DNA from: Asterionella formosa
Lineage: Eukaryota
DNA: 54,090 nt
Reading direction: 5' to 3'
Assembly: GCA_002256025.1 (NCBI GenBank)
Contig: NKIB01013649.1
Coordinates: 1 to 54,090, forward strand
The notes under the pieces were generated by a model. The model did not search any database, was not told where the DNA came from, and saw only the letters and a program-made list of their open reading frames with translations. Both the position numbers and the translations under genes were made by a program. Of the stretch, positions 1 through 12,039 are shown one piece after another; position 1 is the stretch's first letter, and every line of letters starts with the position of its first letter.

Positions 1-259
1 AACTTTATAGTCTGTTTAAGCATGCTCTATTGTTATATTATTGATTTGTAGAAGCAATTCCATAGCGTTGATGTTAAACAGCTTAAGTCGTAATTTACGA
101 TTTGATTTTTCGTGTTGAAGCTAGTAGAACTACAGTTGACGTGAATCACTATAAATGCTAAAGGAAATGACTCTGGAGTCTATTTACTGTTCTACAATAT
201 TATAATAAATAGTATAGATTGCATTTCTACATCGTTATTGAGGACTGCTACAATCGAAT

Positions 260-670
260 CTACTCCTGGCCTTGAATATCCTCCATCAAGCGGAATGAAG
301 CCATTCCGGCATTCCTCTTGCTCTTCTTTCTCATCATAGAATTTTCATTGTCATCATACAGTTCTAGCACCTGCGCAAACTTGTCGATGTACTTGCTCCG
401 TTGTGAAGGCAATGCTGCAACTTCTCTGCCCAGAAACCCAACAGTGCAAAGTTCCGTGCCATCCTTGATGAGGACAGCCTTGATCGTCTCCAATGGCTTG
501 CCCAATACATCCTCCACAACAGCCAGCTTGAACCTGATCACATCATCAGCCTTAACCGCTTTCCCGCAGCATTCATGTTGCTCACATGAGCGCCCATTGC
601 TGGAAGCATTCAGTCCAAGCAACTCCCCATCTCGGCGGCTGTTGATTGTTGCTGATCTTGTTGTTGACAT
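260..670 (-). CDS. Small HIRAN-like domain protein, probably a transposon accessory ORF
   Basis: Intact 136-aa ATG ORF. Contains GRSCEQHECCG and IKAVLIKDGTELCTVGFLGRE, resembling the HIRAN 'A(I/V)..V....VG(Y/F)LPR' pattern. Lies just inside a TIR-like end at 848-870. Confidence 0.5.
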   Translation of the reverse strand: MSTTRSATINSRRDGELLGLNASSNGRSCEQHECCGKAVKADDVIRFKLAVVEDVLGKPLETIKAVLIKDGTELCTVGFLGREVAALPSQRSKYIDKFAQVLELYDDNENSMMRKKSKRNAGMASFRLMEDIQGQE

Positions 671-826
671 GATTAATATGTAGTATGCATTGGTAGTACC
701 GATATTACTGGTAGTTTATAATGGTAGCGTCATTCAATTTCCGCCACAAAAATCAGAATTATAACACGTTACTTTGTCTATGTCTAGAAAATTATTGGGT
801 GTTTGGTGCCACCTCGAAAAAAAGTA

Positions 827-879
827 CAGGGGGGTCCAGCAACCTCAGGGGGGTCCAGGACAATGAAGTATACGGTAGT
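827..879. mobile_element. Right terminus (TIR-like) of a DNA transposon extending left out of the window
   Basis: GGGGGGTCCAGGACAATGAAGTATACGGTAGT (848-879) is the near-exact reverse complement of 21974-22006. CAGGGGGGTCCAG occurs twice (827, 846). Confidence 0.6.
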
Positions 880-1060
880 AGGGGTATAAGTCAATGCTAT
901 ATATTGTCAGGATATAGGATCTGGCGAGAAACTGCAGAAAGGCTACAAAGACTGGAAATTTCGGGGGAAATCACTTTATTTGGCATTATAAAAAAACCGA
1001 AGTTGCTTTCTGAAGCTTCTTGCCAGAAGTTATATACTGATGCTATTTGAAGGTTACCTA

Positions 1061-4000
1061 CGTCTGCAAATAAAAACCATCATATTTCCATGATGCATCA
1101 TAGGATTATTATCATCTGATCATAATTTTTTGTTATATCATCTAATAATTTTGATAAATGCCCTCGTAATTTAAATAGTAACCCTTTTGACTATGGAAAT
1201 TTAATTATTATATGTATTGTTTCTTTTAGGTTCCTTTATTTAAATTTCTTGGTAGGATAATGTACCAGTTAGAGTAATGTGGTTTGGCTCATCATCCTCT
1301 CCAGTCCTCACTCTGATTCTTGCAACAACGACAAACCAGCCATGTTGAGAGGAACAAATGTTTGTGATAAAATGTTCATTTGTCGTTCAAGTCATCATAT
1401 GTCTTCGATGAATCATCATCTACATTGTACAGTACTATGTTCTTACTATGCAATCCGTTAAGAGCTTGAAAAGAAATCCAATGAAAACGAAATGGCTCAT
1501 CACACAAGACGAATATTTCCGGCCGGTCTGTCACCAGAGCATCAATCAGTGTGACAACCTCAATCATAGCTAAACAACATCCATTATAGAACAGCACAAT
1601 CTAGTACTTCTCCATAACATCTTCTCTCTAACAAGAACGTAATACATCTACAATTGAAATGCAGCATAGGAGGCGATATGCACAAAGAAGCATTAGACTG
1701 TGCCGTCTATTTATAGTAGTAACAGAGTGATTCTGGTTTCGTAATTTTCATGTCTCATTATATTTTCTTTGTCATCGTTCTAGTTACTTACCTTTAAAGA
1801 CAGGAGCGTATTCTTTGATGTATCTGGAATATTTCAATGGATGGCAACAGTTGGTATTAGAAACAAACCTCGACAAAAGCACTAGTACCTTGTCGATGTT
1901 CATGAAAAGCGAGACACTTTGCTTGGCCTATCGCCCACCAGCCAGTCTATACTGCAAAAATGCAAGAAGCAAGCACAAGTTGAATGCCCATTTATGGATT
2001 CAAGTTTCAGTAGTGCAACAATGTAAAATATTAGAATCCGGAAGTCACATTTCATCTAATTACGATTTTCATTAGCTATACTAGTATTGATTGAGAGGAA
2101 GCAATGGTAGAATGGCTGCCAAATGGGCGGGAGCAAACACAGAGAATCCTACTAATTTTTCTTCCCAATGATCCTAGTCCCTTCTTGAATGTCACTTGCT
2201 ACAGAAAATGTAGAACAGCCGCCATGATCTGTTGATTGTTGCTTTATGGTGCCACTGACCGAGACCTCCAGAAATCTCAATGAGTTGCTTGTTTCTTGAC
2301 TTGAATGGTGCAAAAGTGATCGAAACCAGTGGAAAAATCAAAAGGGAACTTAAAATGCTCTGCAAACATCAGGACAATTGTGAAAGAGAAATGAAGGTTC
2401 TTGGGAGGAGAAGTAAAGGGATACTTGCTTCTGGTCTCCTTGCGGGAACAAGAATAGATTGAACCAAACAATGTTGACAAATAGGTACCTACGGGAAAAG
2501 GAAGCATTGCTTTTGGCATCATCAATCTATACACAAGCCTGCGCCACCTGATGTCGTCAATATAGCTCCCTTGACTTCATCAATGAAGAATTCGATAGGT
2601 GGAGCATGTGAGGAAAATCGGGGTTGAGGTTTTCTTGACGCCAACGTGGACCTGCTTGGCTGAACTCCTTGCAGATGAAGGCATTGAGTAACCTGCGCCT
2701 GTGAAGCCAAAGGATAAAGAAAAACCTATGACAAGGGTGCATTGTGAGATAGTGTTTAGGAGGGGGGAGCAAAAGTTATCATAGCTGAACGCATTCGAAA
2801 CTTGTATAGACAATAAATGGTGGCATGCCATGGCTGCTCTTTGCTGACAGCTGCCAAGTCAAGTACAAACACAACGAGCGAGGGTGCACAAAAGACAGTC
2901 CAATTTTAATCAACTGGCTGATACTTTTTTGTGAGACTCACCATTCTGCAATGGGGTGGACTTTGATCATTGCTTCGTTCATAGCACAATCAATTCGAAT
3001 GCTGTCCAGTGAAACAGCCAATGAAAACAATTGTGGCGAAAAAGCGCAGAACAGATCAAGAGCGAGATTTCATAGGAATTAAAATAACAACAGCAGGGCA
3101 TATATGATGCACTGCTCCTTGTGTAGACTAGCTATATTTGATCATTTCCATATTTCATACTATACAGGTACATGGATGACTCCTCCCACCCTTTCATTAG
3201 ATATGCAGCCATTTTGCGATAATTCTACAGGACCTATAGAATTGGTAGTCTGGTGGTCATCATTTCCGCATTGTATATACCAGTAGGACTCATGTATGCA
3301 TGCATGCTGCGATAATTCTTACAAGACATAAAAATTTGGTAGCTTGGGGGTTATCACTTCCGTACTGTATACAGGGGAGAAGGGGAAGGGGTTGCATGCA
3401 TGAGCAGCCAACTACTCCGGTATAAACTATGATCTTTAATCAATGAATTTAGATTTGTTTATCCTATACCTTTGATCATAACATATTGATCATCTGACAA
3501 ACGGTGTCATTGATGAGAAAATGAACAATCAACATTTATTTTCAAGAATCAGGATTAATTGATCTTAAAAATATGATCAAATGATCCTAAACACATGAGC
3601 ATATTCAGTTTTCCGCTACACTATTCTTGTGGTATTTCCATGATAGAAGTAATTACCAGCACGTATACAGTACTACCAATAGGCCATATGAATTTTGGTC
3701 AATATGTCTATATACATAAATGTATGATTTCGACCATTTGAAAAATTGGTGATGACTCCCGTTTATTAAGGGGCTTAATAAAATCAGCCACTGACTTGTA
3801 GGTACAAGAATTGACACAAAACAAATTGAAAAAACTCAACAGGTCGAGGAAAACTATGAACTCATCATGCATTGTATATATTTGAACTATGTGTAATCAA
3901 AATTGATACTAGTATACACAGGATGTGCCATATAATGAGCGTGTTTAAAACTATGCAAATGTTCAACTATGTATACATTTAAACTTCTTACAAATGACTT

Positions 4001-4945
4001 CGTCACCTTTCAGTGATTCAATAGCTCCTTTTCGATTTGGTGGCTGGTCAACCATCAATGTGGACAAAAGAAATCGGTAAGTGCTGCCTAGCCTATCAGC
4101 CATCTTTGGATCAATCCACAACTGTTAGAAAAACTCACGCGTACGTGTTGCTTCTTTCAGGATAATGGTAGACAAACAGTATTTGTAAGCTACAAAAAGC
4201 AGTGTTGGAGCCCATTTATTGATCGATACTTTGCTTCTCATTCAATCTTCGACTGACACATTCTTCTACAGAAATATGCATCAGTTACTTCCTCACTTTG
4301 TGGTAAGTGAAGATAGAAGCAAAATGAATGTTGTTGTGTAAGCAAAACATGAACAGCTAACAATGAATTGCTTCTCTTTATTAGTATGACTGATTGGAAC
4401 AACGAAACGGATTCAATAGTGCATGAATGCAAACTCAGAACCCTCAGGAGTAAATGGAACAAAGCAAGCAGGGGAACAACGGCAAGGCAACCAGTACAAC
4501 AACCTTCAGAATTGGATTGCGGGGAATGTGGAAGTGAAAGCGGCACCAACAATCATTGCGATGAGAGCATTGTAGAACATTCTGTAGCCACTTAAGATAT
4601 AGAATCATAGAACCATTATTAGCTAAATATATTTCTAAATTTCGATCAATTTCATCCTATTTTAGACAGTGATATCGATGAGAATTACGATCATGCTAAG
4701 ATAGATGTATGAAAAAAGTATACACATCATATGACCATGTTTAACTAATTATATGATGCAATGGTATTATAACTATGATAGTCTCATCATACTTCAAGCT
4801 CGGTAAAAGTTTACTGCATGATCATAATTATATGAAACATTGATCATATTTTTGATCGAAAAACTATCATATATGTGAAAATCCTGTGCCACTTAGCGTA
4901 TGATACCCTTGATCATATTTTCATGATATTTTTTATTTACAGACG
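1061..4945 (+). mobile_element. Decayed Tc1/mariner-superfamily DNA transposon (~3.9 kb)
   Basis: TIRs CGTCTGCAAATAAAAA (1061) and TTTTTATTTACAGACG (ends 4945), with TA on both outer sides (1059-60, 4946-47). Contains a transposase relic. Confidence 0.8.
1815..2985 (+). pseudogene. Frameshifted IS630/Tc1-mariner-like DDE transposase relic
   Basis: Motifs in order across frames: FLPNDPSPF, LGRRSKGIL..REQE*IEPNN, SLRHLMS..DFINEE, IGVEVFLTPTW..AELLADEGIE (cf. TPKxHxELAGEGIEY), ETHHSAM/DFDHCF (cf. KTHRxAxDFD). Many stops. Confidence 0.65.
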
Positions 4946-5397
4946 TATGTATCTAACAAATCGCCTTCAGACCCAGTGAACGTTGAGCCTTTTCTACTAT
5001 CTCCAAAATATCGGAATCAGAACCACTTAGCGCCGATTTATCATTCTCTGTCATTGCTGTATCTTTTCCTGAATTCGTTCGCAAAATGACAAGCAGTCGT
5101 TGGTATCATATTTTTGTATCATCACGAACGAGATTTTAGGCTGGATCACTCACTCATCAGCAAGATTGTAAATATCTGTACATTACTATTGGTGAAATTC
5201 TACTAGAACATGCAACTTTTAGAGCTTCATATGTTCATTGATCTAATGGGCATCCTCGAGGAGCCATCATCTCATAGTTACAATTTTTGAACCAGCAGTG
5301 AACAAGCGATCCACAAGATCACATTAAGGAACAAACATAAGAGAAGGTATGTGATGGCCATTGCAATGGCCGTTGTGATGACCAAAAACAAGCTTTT

Positions 5398-5788
5398 TTG
5401 AGCGCTAAATATTTAAAAGGTGACCAGTCAAGATTCTCAAGCCCTGCTTATCCCAATCCAATGGTTATTTGTCTAATCTTTGCAATTGGAATGTATTTAT
5501 GTCAATTCAATGCAGCTGTTGAAAATATTAGTTGTTTAAAAGCCATCACCAAGACAAGAGATTTTGTCCCTTTTTTAACAGGTTTTGAGGGTGAGCAGTG
5601 ATTATGAGCTTCTCGATCCTTGGATGGCAAGAGTATGCTCTGCAGTAGTAGAGAAAATGGTTGTAAATTATGGTAAGAATCAGCATTATATATGCCGCCA
5701 TCCTTCAGTGGAGACTGTAGACATTGCTGGTGTTACTCCTTTGCAAGGAGGAAAAGCATTTATCCATGGGATTCTGGAGCACTGGTAA
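5398..5788 (+). pseudogene. Possible Crypton-type tyrosine recombinase fragment
   Basis: LKGDQ...YPNPMVICLIFAIGMYL, then after a frameshift LFKSHHQDKRF. Resembles the KGDQ..YANP..ICP..ALGxYL..LFxG..QxxRF segment of stramenopile Cryptons. Catalytic HxxR not recognisable. Confidence 0.4.
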
Positions 5789-5999
5789 TAGTTAAGAGGA
5801 ATAGTGTATGATTTTATGCAGTTACAATGTTCAAATGAATTTTTGCTGTTCCATTTTTAATCCAAACACAGTTCCAGTACATTACCTAATACTCCCTCAC
5901 AAAATACACCTAGACTACTAGTACATACCGTATGTACACTGGTGAGACATGTATCATCGTGGTACCAGCTGCAATACCAGCATATCGCTCTCAGTGTGA

Positions 6000-6991
6000 G
6001 GGCCGTTCTTATCATTTTTTTTCGTGTATCACGGAATTTAAATTTTTTTGAAAATGTATCAGCAACGGTAACTCGATTTGAACTGAATTTCATTCATTCC
6101 AAAAGTGTCACTGTATCACTAATTTGTGATCACAGTGTATCATGGAGTAACAAGGATTGTCAACGGTGACAGGCCAGCTACGAGCATCTAGATATATATG
6201 AGCAGTAATATGCATATGCGTAGCTTAAATAAAAATAACAACCGGAATAAAAAACAAATATCATATCATCTTACGGAGCCTGTGCGGTACATGCTACAAC
6301 CCCTGGTACCAGGTATTGAGAGACTCGTCAACACATTGACCATGTCGATAATCAGCTATTTCTCCATCAAAATGGCAAAGGAGTCGCTGCGCTTTTGCGG
6401 TCTAAGATATCATTGTACGAACGATGCAATAGAAAAGGAAATATAGATATATCTTTAAAATTGCATAAGAAATTACGAATCAACAATGTAGAAGAGGAAC
6501 ATTCGTCATTTTATATGATTGCAAACAGAACTATTGATTTGTTATGGCAACGACTAAAGCTATGACTGCTAATACGACTACAATAATACTATTATATGAC
6601 AAAAGTGCTTGCAAAAAGTGGTGTTAGGTTAGTCTTTGTGTTATAGACGCCATTAGATCAATCGATTGCACCAGTGGCGTTTTCAAGTTGCGCTGTGTTG
6701 CTGATGTTGATTTTCCCATCCACAAAATAGATTATATAGTTGGCGCTGGCATGTCTACAGTTATTTTATCAGTGGCAACGGACGTGATACACAGTGATCA
6801 ACGGCTTGATCAGTGATACAGCATTGGTCAGGGGTCCAAAAACTGTATCAGTGATACACCCATGATACACCGGTGATCAGACCAAAAAAACCGTTGGTGA
6901 TACACAAAAAAAAACCAAACCGCCATTTTTGTATCATATTTCGGCGATGATACACCAATGACAACAAATAACAGAATGATAAGAACGGCCC
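6000..6991. mobile_element. PIF/Harbinger-type (Tourist-like) non-autonomous element, 992 bp
   Basis: 17-bp perfect TIRs GGGCCGTTCTTATCATT / AATGATAAGAACGGCCC, 3-bp TSD TGA (5997-99, 6992-94), many subterminal GTGTATCA/TGATACAC motifs, no transposase. Confidence 0.85.
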
Positions 6992-7359
6992 TGAGTGATA
7001 TGCTGATGATGTGATGCTCGATTTCGACATCAAGCATTACATCCAAGCTGATTCTGGATTCCGTTTCTCCATATACTCGTGTGTAGAATTTGTAGTATGT
7101 AGATGGCTGGTACAAACGGAACACACCGACCTCAGTGTCCGGTAAAATGGTTGTGCAACTCAACATGATCCCATCCTCCTCCCCCAGCATGCTGCATCCG
7201 TGATAACCGATGGTTCCCTCCCCACCATGACGTTTTGGACGGCTGGTATTAATTCATAAGAATAATTTATATTTAATAATTGTTCGCTATGTACCGCCCA
7301 CTCCATATTATGTACCGCCGGTAGTATGTACAGTGGGAATACACGCACAATACAATAAA

Positions 7360-9531
7360 ATGCTACTCCAACAAACAGCTCCCAACATCATTCTTTCCTC
7401 CTCATTAGCATCCTGTTCCAAATGTAGGTGTCTATTCCTGCTACTACTACCGGTACTCTGGTGTCAGCCATCCATTGGTTTTGATATTGTTATTGTAAGA
7501 ACACCAACAACGACGAAGCCAAGGAGGTATTCAGCATCAGTATCATCATGTCGTTCTACAACTACTGGTACTGGTAGAACACCTAGAACTACCGGCTTTA
7601 CATCAATTACTACTACTACCATGAGGATGATAGACAGTTCGAATTGCTATGCCGGCATGTTTGATCCATTAAATAGGATAATGCCATTATCAACATCACT
7701 AAATCAAACATTGGATCAAACATTGGATACCATACGATTCAACTATGAAACAAAAGCTCCAGCGGAAATCATCAAAAGTTTGGCACAATATGGATACCAG
7801 TATTCATTTGTGGCTAACAATATTGCGGAAACAACTACTACAACATTTGATACTACCGACAATAACAACAAACAACAAATAGATGGTCCACTCCTGATTG
7901 ATCATTCCTACTTGTACTACTCGTCATCTGTGCTACAACGCGTTCCTGGATGTGTTGCCAATGTTAACATTCAAACAACGTTGATACAACAACAACAATA
8001 TGACAAGGAAAACCCGCAAATGGTGCTTTATGTAAATGGCACATCCGATGCCATTCTTAGTCGAGGCTTGTTGGCACTATTGGCTCATGTGATGCAGGGA
8101 ACATATGCTCAAGACATTCTACAACTTGTTCCTGAAACTATGGCAGATCGACTGGGATTACGGGTGGCACTTTCTAAGGGGCGAAATGATGGTTTGGCAA
8201 GTATGATGAGATTGATACAATCACAAATTAGAGAATTGTTGGTGTCAATGGCAGTGGGAGTGGTGAATTCAATGGACAATACTACTACCAATGCAACGAA
8301 TAATAAAGAGTATTCACTAGTACAAAAACAAGACAAGAAGAAACCAACGGTTGCCATGTTACTTTCGGGTGGCGTCGACTCGGCCGTGGCACTGAATATA
8401 CTTGCATCACAAGGCTACCATGTCACTGCGTTTTATCTGAAAATTTGGTTAGAAGATGAACTAGCTCATCTTGGAACGTGCCCATGGGAAGACGATTACA
8501 ACGTGTGCGTTGAAATTTGTCAACAAGCCAATGTACCATTAGAATCGATTTCCTTGCAACAGGAATACAAAGACAAGGTCATTTCGTATACCATTGCACA
8601 AGCGCAAAAAGGACGTACTCCCAATCCAGATATCATGTGCAATTCGAGAATTAAATTTGGGTGTTTTTATGATGCCATTCAAACAAGAGGATTCGATTTC
8701 GTGGCATCAGGACATTATGCGCAAGTGAATCAGACAAGTGATGATACAGCCACAATGACAACTCGATTGCTTCGAGCACCCGATCCCATTAAAGATCAAT
8801 CGTATTTCTTATGCGCGCTCTCGCAGCAACAACTACAACGTGTTTTGTTTCCGATTGGACATTTGGAAAAACATGCTGTTCGGCAATTGGCAGAGGAGTA
8901 TAATTTACCCAACAAGAATCGACCTGATTCGCAAGGTTTGTGTTTCCTTGGCAAGGTCAAATTTGAAGATTTCTTAGCAGCGTATTTGGGAGAATCACCA
9001 GGAAACATTATTGATGCACAAACAGGAATGATCATTGGTAGACACAAGGGTTTATGGTTTCACACCGTGGGACAACGAAAGGGCATTGGAAAAGTACTCG
9101 ACCCCAAGGCGACAGCACGAGGTCCATGGTATGTTGTCGCCAAGGATCCAAAGCATCAAATTGTGTACGCGTCAAATGAGTACGATGAACAAGCATTCGC
9201 CCAGGCCAGGTCAGATGTGTTTGTGGAAGACATTCACTGGATTTCGGGATCACCTCCTGCATCTTTAGTTGATGGTCCAGCTAGATTTGACATGAAGATT
9301 CGACATGGACCTAGGCTTGTAACAGGATCATTGGAACTGTTGGACGATGGCGTAGCCAATGTGAAACTGGACCAGAAAGATGGTGGACTAGCACCAGGTC
9401 AGTATGTGGTATTTTACGAACCAGACGGAATCGAATGCTATGGTGGTGGAGTCATTAGTGAGCGACACTGGGCTCGGTTTCTATTTGATCAAAATAAACT
9501 TGCACCATCATCAATTAACATAAACAATTAA
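7360..9531 (+). CDS. mnmA: tRNA-specific 2-thiouridylase MnmA with fused N-terminal SufE-like domain, probably plastid-targeted
   Basis: MnmA motifs SGGVDS (PP-loop), TPNPDIMCN, ASGHYA, KDQSYFL, DSQGLCF, TVGQRKG, APGQ. SufE motifs RVPGCVANV, GTSDAILSRGL, LSKGRNDGLASM. Hydrophobic signal ending SIG-F, then an S/T/R-rich transit-like segment. First ATG at 7360. Confidence 0.92.
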   Translation: MLLQQTAPNIILSSSLASCSKCRCLFLLLLPVLWCQPSIGFDIVIVRTPTTTKPRRYSASVSSCRSTTTGTGRTPRTTGFTSITTTTMRMIDSSNCYAGMFDPLNRIMPLSTSLNQTLDQTLDTIRFNYETKAPAEIIKSLAQYGYQYSFVANNIAETTTTTFDTTDNNNKQQIDGPLLIDHSYLYYSSSVLQRVPGCVANVNIQTTLIQQQQYDKENPQMVLYVNGTSDAILSRGLLALLAHVMQGTYAQDILQLVPETMADRLGLRVALSKGRNDGLASMMRLIQSQIRELLVSMAVGVVNSMDNTTTNATNNKEYSLVQKQDKKKPTVAMLLSGGVDSAVALNILASQGYHVTAFYLKIWLEDELAHLGTCPWEDDYNVCVEICQQANVPLESISLQQEYKDKVISYTIAQAQKGRTPNPDIMCNSRIKFGCFYDAIQTRGFDFVASGHYAQVNQTSDDTATMTTRLLRAPDPIKDQSYFLCALSQQQLQRVLFPIGHLEKHAVRQLAEEYNLPNKNRPDSQGLCFLGKVKFEDFLAAYLGESPGNIIDAQTGMIIGRHKGLWFHTVGQRKGIGKVLDPKATARGPWYVVAKDPKHQIVYASNEYDEQAFAQARSDVFVEDIHWISGSPPASLVDGPARFDMKIRHGPRLVTGSLELLDDGVANVKLDQKDGGLAPGQYVVFYEPDGIECYGGGVISERHWARFLFDQNKLAPSSININN

Positions 9532-10639
9532 GTGAATTCATTGATGTCGCCTTGATGATGATGTTTTATGCTTGTAAAAGAACGGTCCTCAAAGCAAAAC
9601 CAAACTTTCATAACTTAGTTTTATTCACGTGTTAAAAAATTGCGTTAGCCAATCGACATAACCAACTATTCCTTGAGCCAGGTAGTACCTGGTATCTCCT
9701 TAGCTGATTGTTGTCGTTTCCTTACCTAGTTGTCATGGTTCTGTTATCAGCCATCATGAACAGGCAGCATTGAAAAGAAAAGTATTTGTATGCCTTTACC
9801 TTCATTCTTCACGTTTCGCTGTACATAGAGTTTCTTATGATAGGATCACTGGTACTTGGTACCAGATACCAGGTACCTGGTACCTGCTACAGGGTACATA
9901 GGTACTGTCCTGCACATGTCGACGCGCGCTGTCGTCGTGTCGGAGTCCCTGTTACTTTCTTGAACCGCCTGCTCTCTACCGGTAGTTTGTAGGCGCTATG
10001 TATGTACTCCGACACCACGTCCTCCTCACTCAAGCAACAACTTGACATACCACCGTCAGATACTTCCTCAAAATCGGAATAGTTTCATTTTGATTCCGAG
10101 TTTGGTGCATTGTAAAATGTGATGCCTTCTCACAGTGATAAGTGTAAATCATCATCACAATAAATGTAGCTAAAAATTCCTCGACACGTGTGCATGCAGG
10201 TGACGTCCATGGTGTGCTTGTCACCATTTCACAGACGACGTGCGTGCAATTGCATGATCGGCAGAATTGCAAAAGGCTCGGCCGGTCGTATTTTTATTCC
10301 CTACTCTGGATTATGGCACTCAGTACCAGGGTGCTATTGAGCCTGGCTGAGCAACACAACAATACAGCCAGTTGCCGGTAGTGAATTACGTTACTCTACC
10401 GTTACATATTTGACGAAGGAAACGAACGGTACGGTAACACTGCTTCGTCACTCCCACAATTTTAACCTGAATCTGTTAATCAGCTCCGAACGATCTAGTC
10501 AGCCACTCTAGTCCATCTCTAACCATCAGCCAGCGAATCCATAATTAACAACACACCTCTCGCTCACAACTCAACTTCAGACTCAATTTAGAAACAATCG
10601 CAAACTCTACTTTCCGAATATCCTTTTCCATACGTTACA

Positions 10640-10879
10640 ATGGTGCATCCATCTATAAGTCGAAGGATCGTTGGATCTGCTATTCGTAACATCCATGCAT
10701 CATCTATGGTGTCATCATCCAGTAAAGCCAAAGTTCTCAATTACGTCAAGTGTGATGAAGCACTTCGAAATTCCATGACCTACTCGCTTTCCTTTTCGTC
10801 GGACACTGATACTACTTCAGCATTGAGTGCCATGATGAGAGATCAACTTTCCAAAAGTCAAGGACAGCTTCTTCGGTAA
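10640..10879 (+). CDS. Small protein of unknown function, possible mitochondrial presequence
   Basis: 79-aa ATG ORF after a C/A-rich UTR-like leader. N-terminus is R/S-rich without acidic residues. YSLSFSSDTD resembles a short SLSF motif recalled from diatom proteins. Confidence 0.4.
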   Translation: MVHPSISRRIVGSAIRNIHASSMVSSSSKAKVLNYVKCDEALRNSMTYSLSFSSDTDTTSALSAMMRDQLSKSQGQLLR

Positions 10880-11167
10880 TGCACACAAACTCCCCAAAAG
10901 AAACACAAGGGGGATCATCCTATCATTTTTGGCTGACATTAAATGGGAGTGCTCAAGGAATCTCTCGACCACTGTGAAGAAATGTATAAATACGCACTAC
11001 TATAACATAATAATTTTAATAGTTGAAAACTTAAAATGATGAAGCCCATCGAATTACACATCTTGAAATTATTGGTGTTTCACTGTAGTTCTGTGACAGG
11101 TACCATGTCTAGTTGCTATCACGTGCCATTTACTAGACCTTACTACATGTTGTATTGTATAACCAAC

Positions 11168-11359
11168 AATGTGAGGTAGCTTGAAATGTGTTCAGGGAAT
11201 ATAAAATGAGTGAGCAAAATGTTATTTAATTATATTTGCTAGCTGGGTAGACCTAATCTTGGAATGTGAGGTAGCTTGAAATGTGTTCAGGGAATATAAA
11301 ATGAGTGAGCAAAATGTTATTTAATTATATTTGCTAGCTGGGTAGACCTAATCTTGGAA
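11168..11359. repeat. Perfect tandem duplication, 2 x 95 bp
   Basis: AATGTGAGGTAGCTTGAAATG...CTAATCTTGG starts at 11168 and again at 11263; no mismatches seen. Confidence 0.95.
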
Positions 11360-11604
11360 AGTGGGCATTTGAGAACCCTTGAAACTGCATAGTCCATTTT
11401 GACTTTTTACCCATGAACTAGTAGCAAAGTTCATTACAAAAAATCTCAGTACTAAATGGTGGGCCAAGGGGGGAGCAACTCGGAATTTTTCCCTGCAATG
11501 AACAATTGCATACTTGCACATATAGGGAAAGGAATCATAGCCACAAAGGAAAGTAGATTCGTGAATACGTCAAGATAGTTCAATACAAAGCCTCAATTCA
11601 ATAC

Positions 11605-11838
11605 ATGTACAACAAGTTATCGAATACAAGCACAAATACACTGGACTGCAATGGCATATCCAGGGCATGCAAATTTTCCAAGCAGAGAACAATTTCAAAA
11701 TATGTCAATGGGTGCTGGCTTCCCACAGGGGACCAGAAGAGACTGATTCAAAAGTGGAAACCTTCTACTGTTCGGAACACGAAAATAATGAAAATTGGAA
11801 TTAATGCAAAAACGGAAGAAAAATCTTCAACCAGTTGA
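11605..11838 (+). mobile_element. Fragment of non-LTR retrotransposon ORF (post-RT region)
   Basis: ISKYVNGCWLPTG resembles the K(F/Y)xxxWLPxG motif preceding the C-terminal Zn knuckle. Same motif at 22852-23050. Confidence 0.35.
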
Positions 11839-12039
11839 GAGTTGCACAATCTTTTCAGACCAGAGGGAGTAAAAATCTATCAACGTTGATAGAAAAGTAT
11901 TTAGTGAAAATATTGAAGTCTCCATGTCCATTTTTGTTTCAATATAAACTATGATCTATTTTATAGCCCATTTGTACTCCTTTTTACAAGGCAAGTATTT
12001 ATTGCGCTAACAGGCCAGCAAGTCCTTTGCTTCCCTAGT

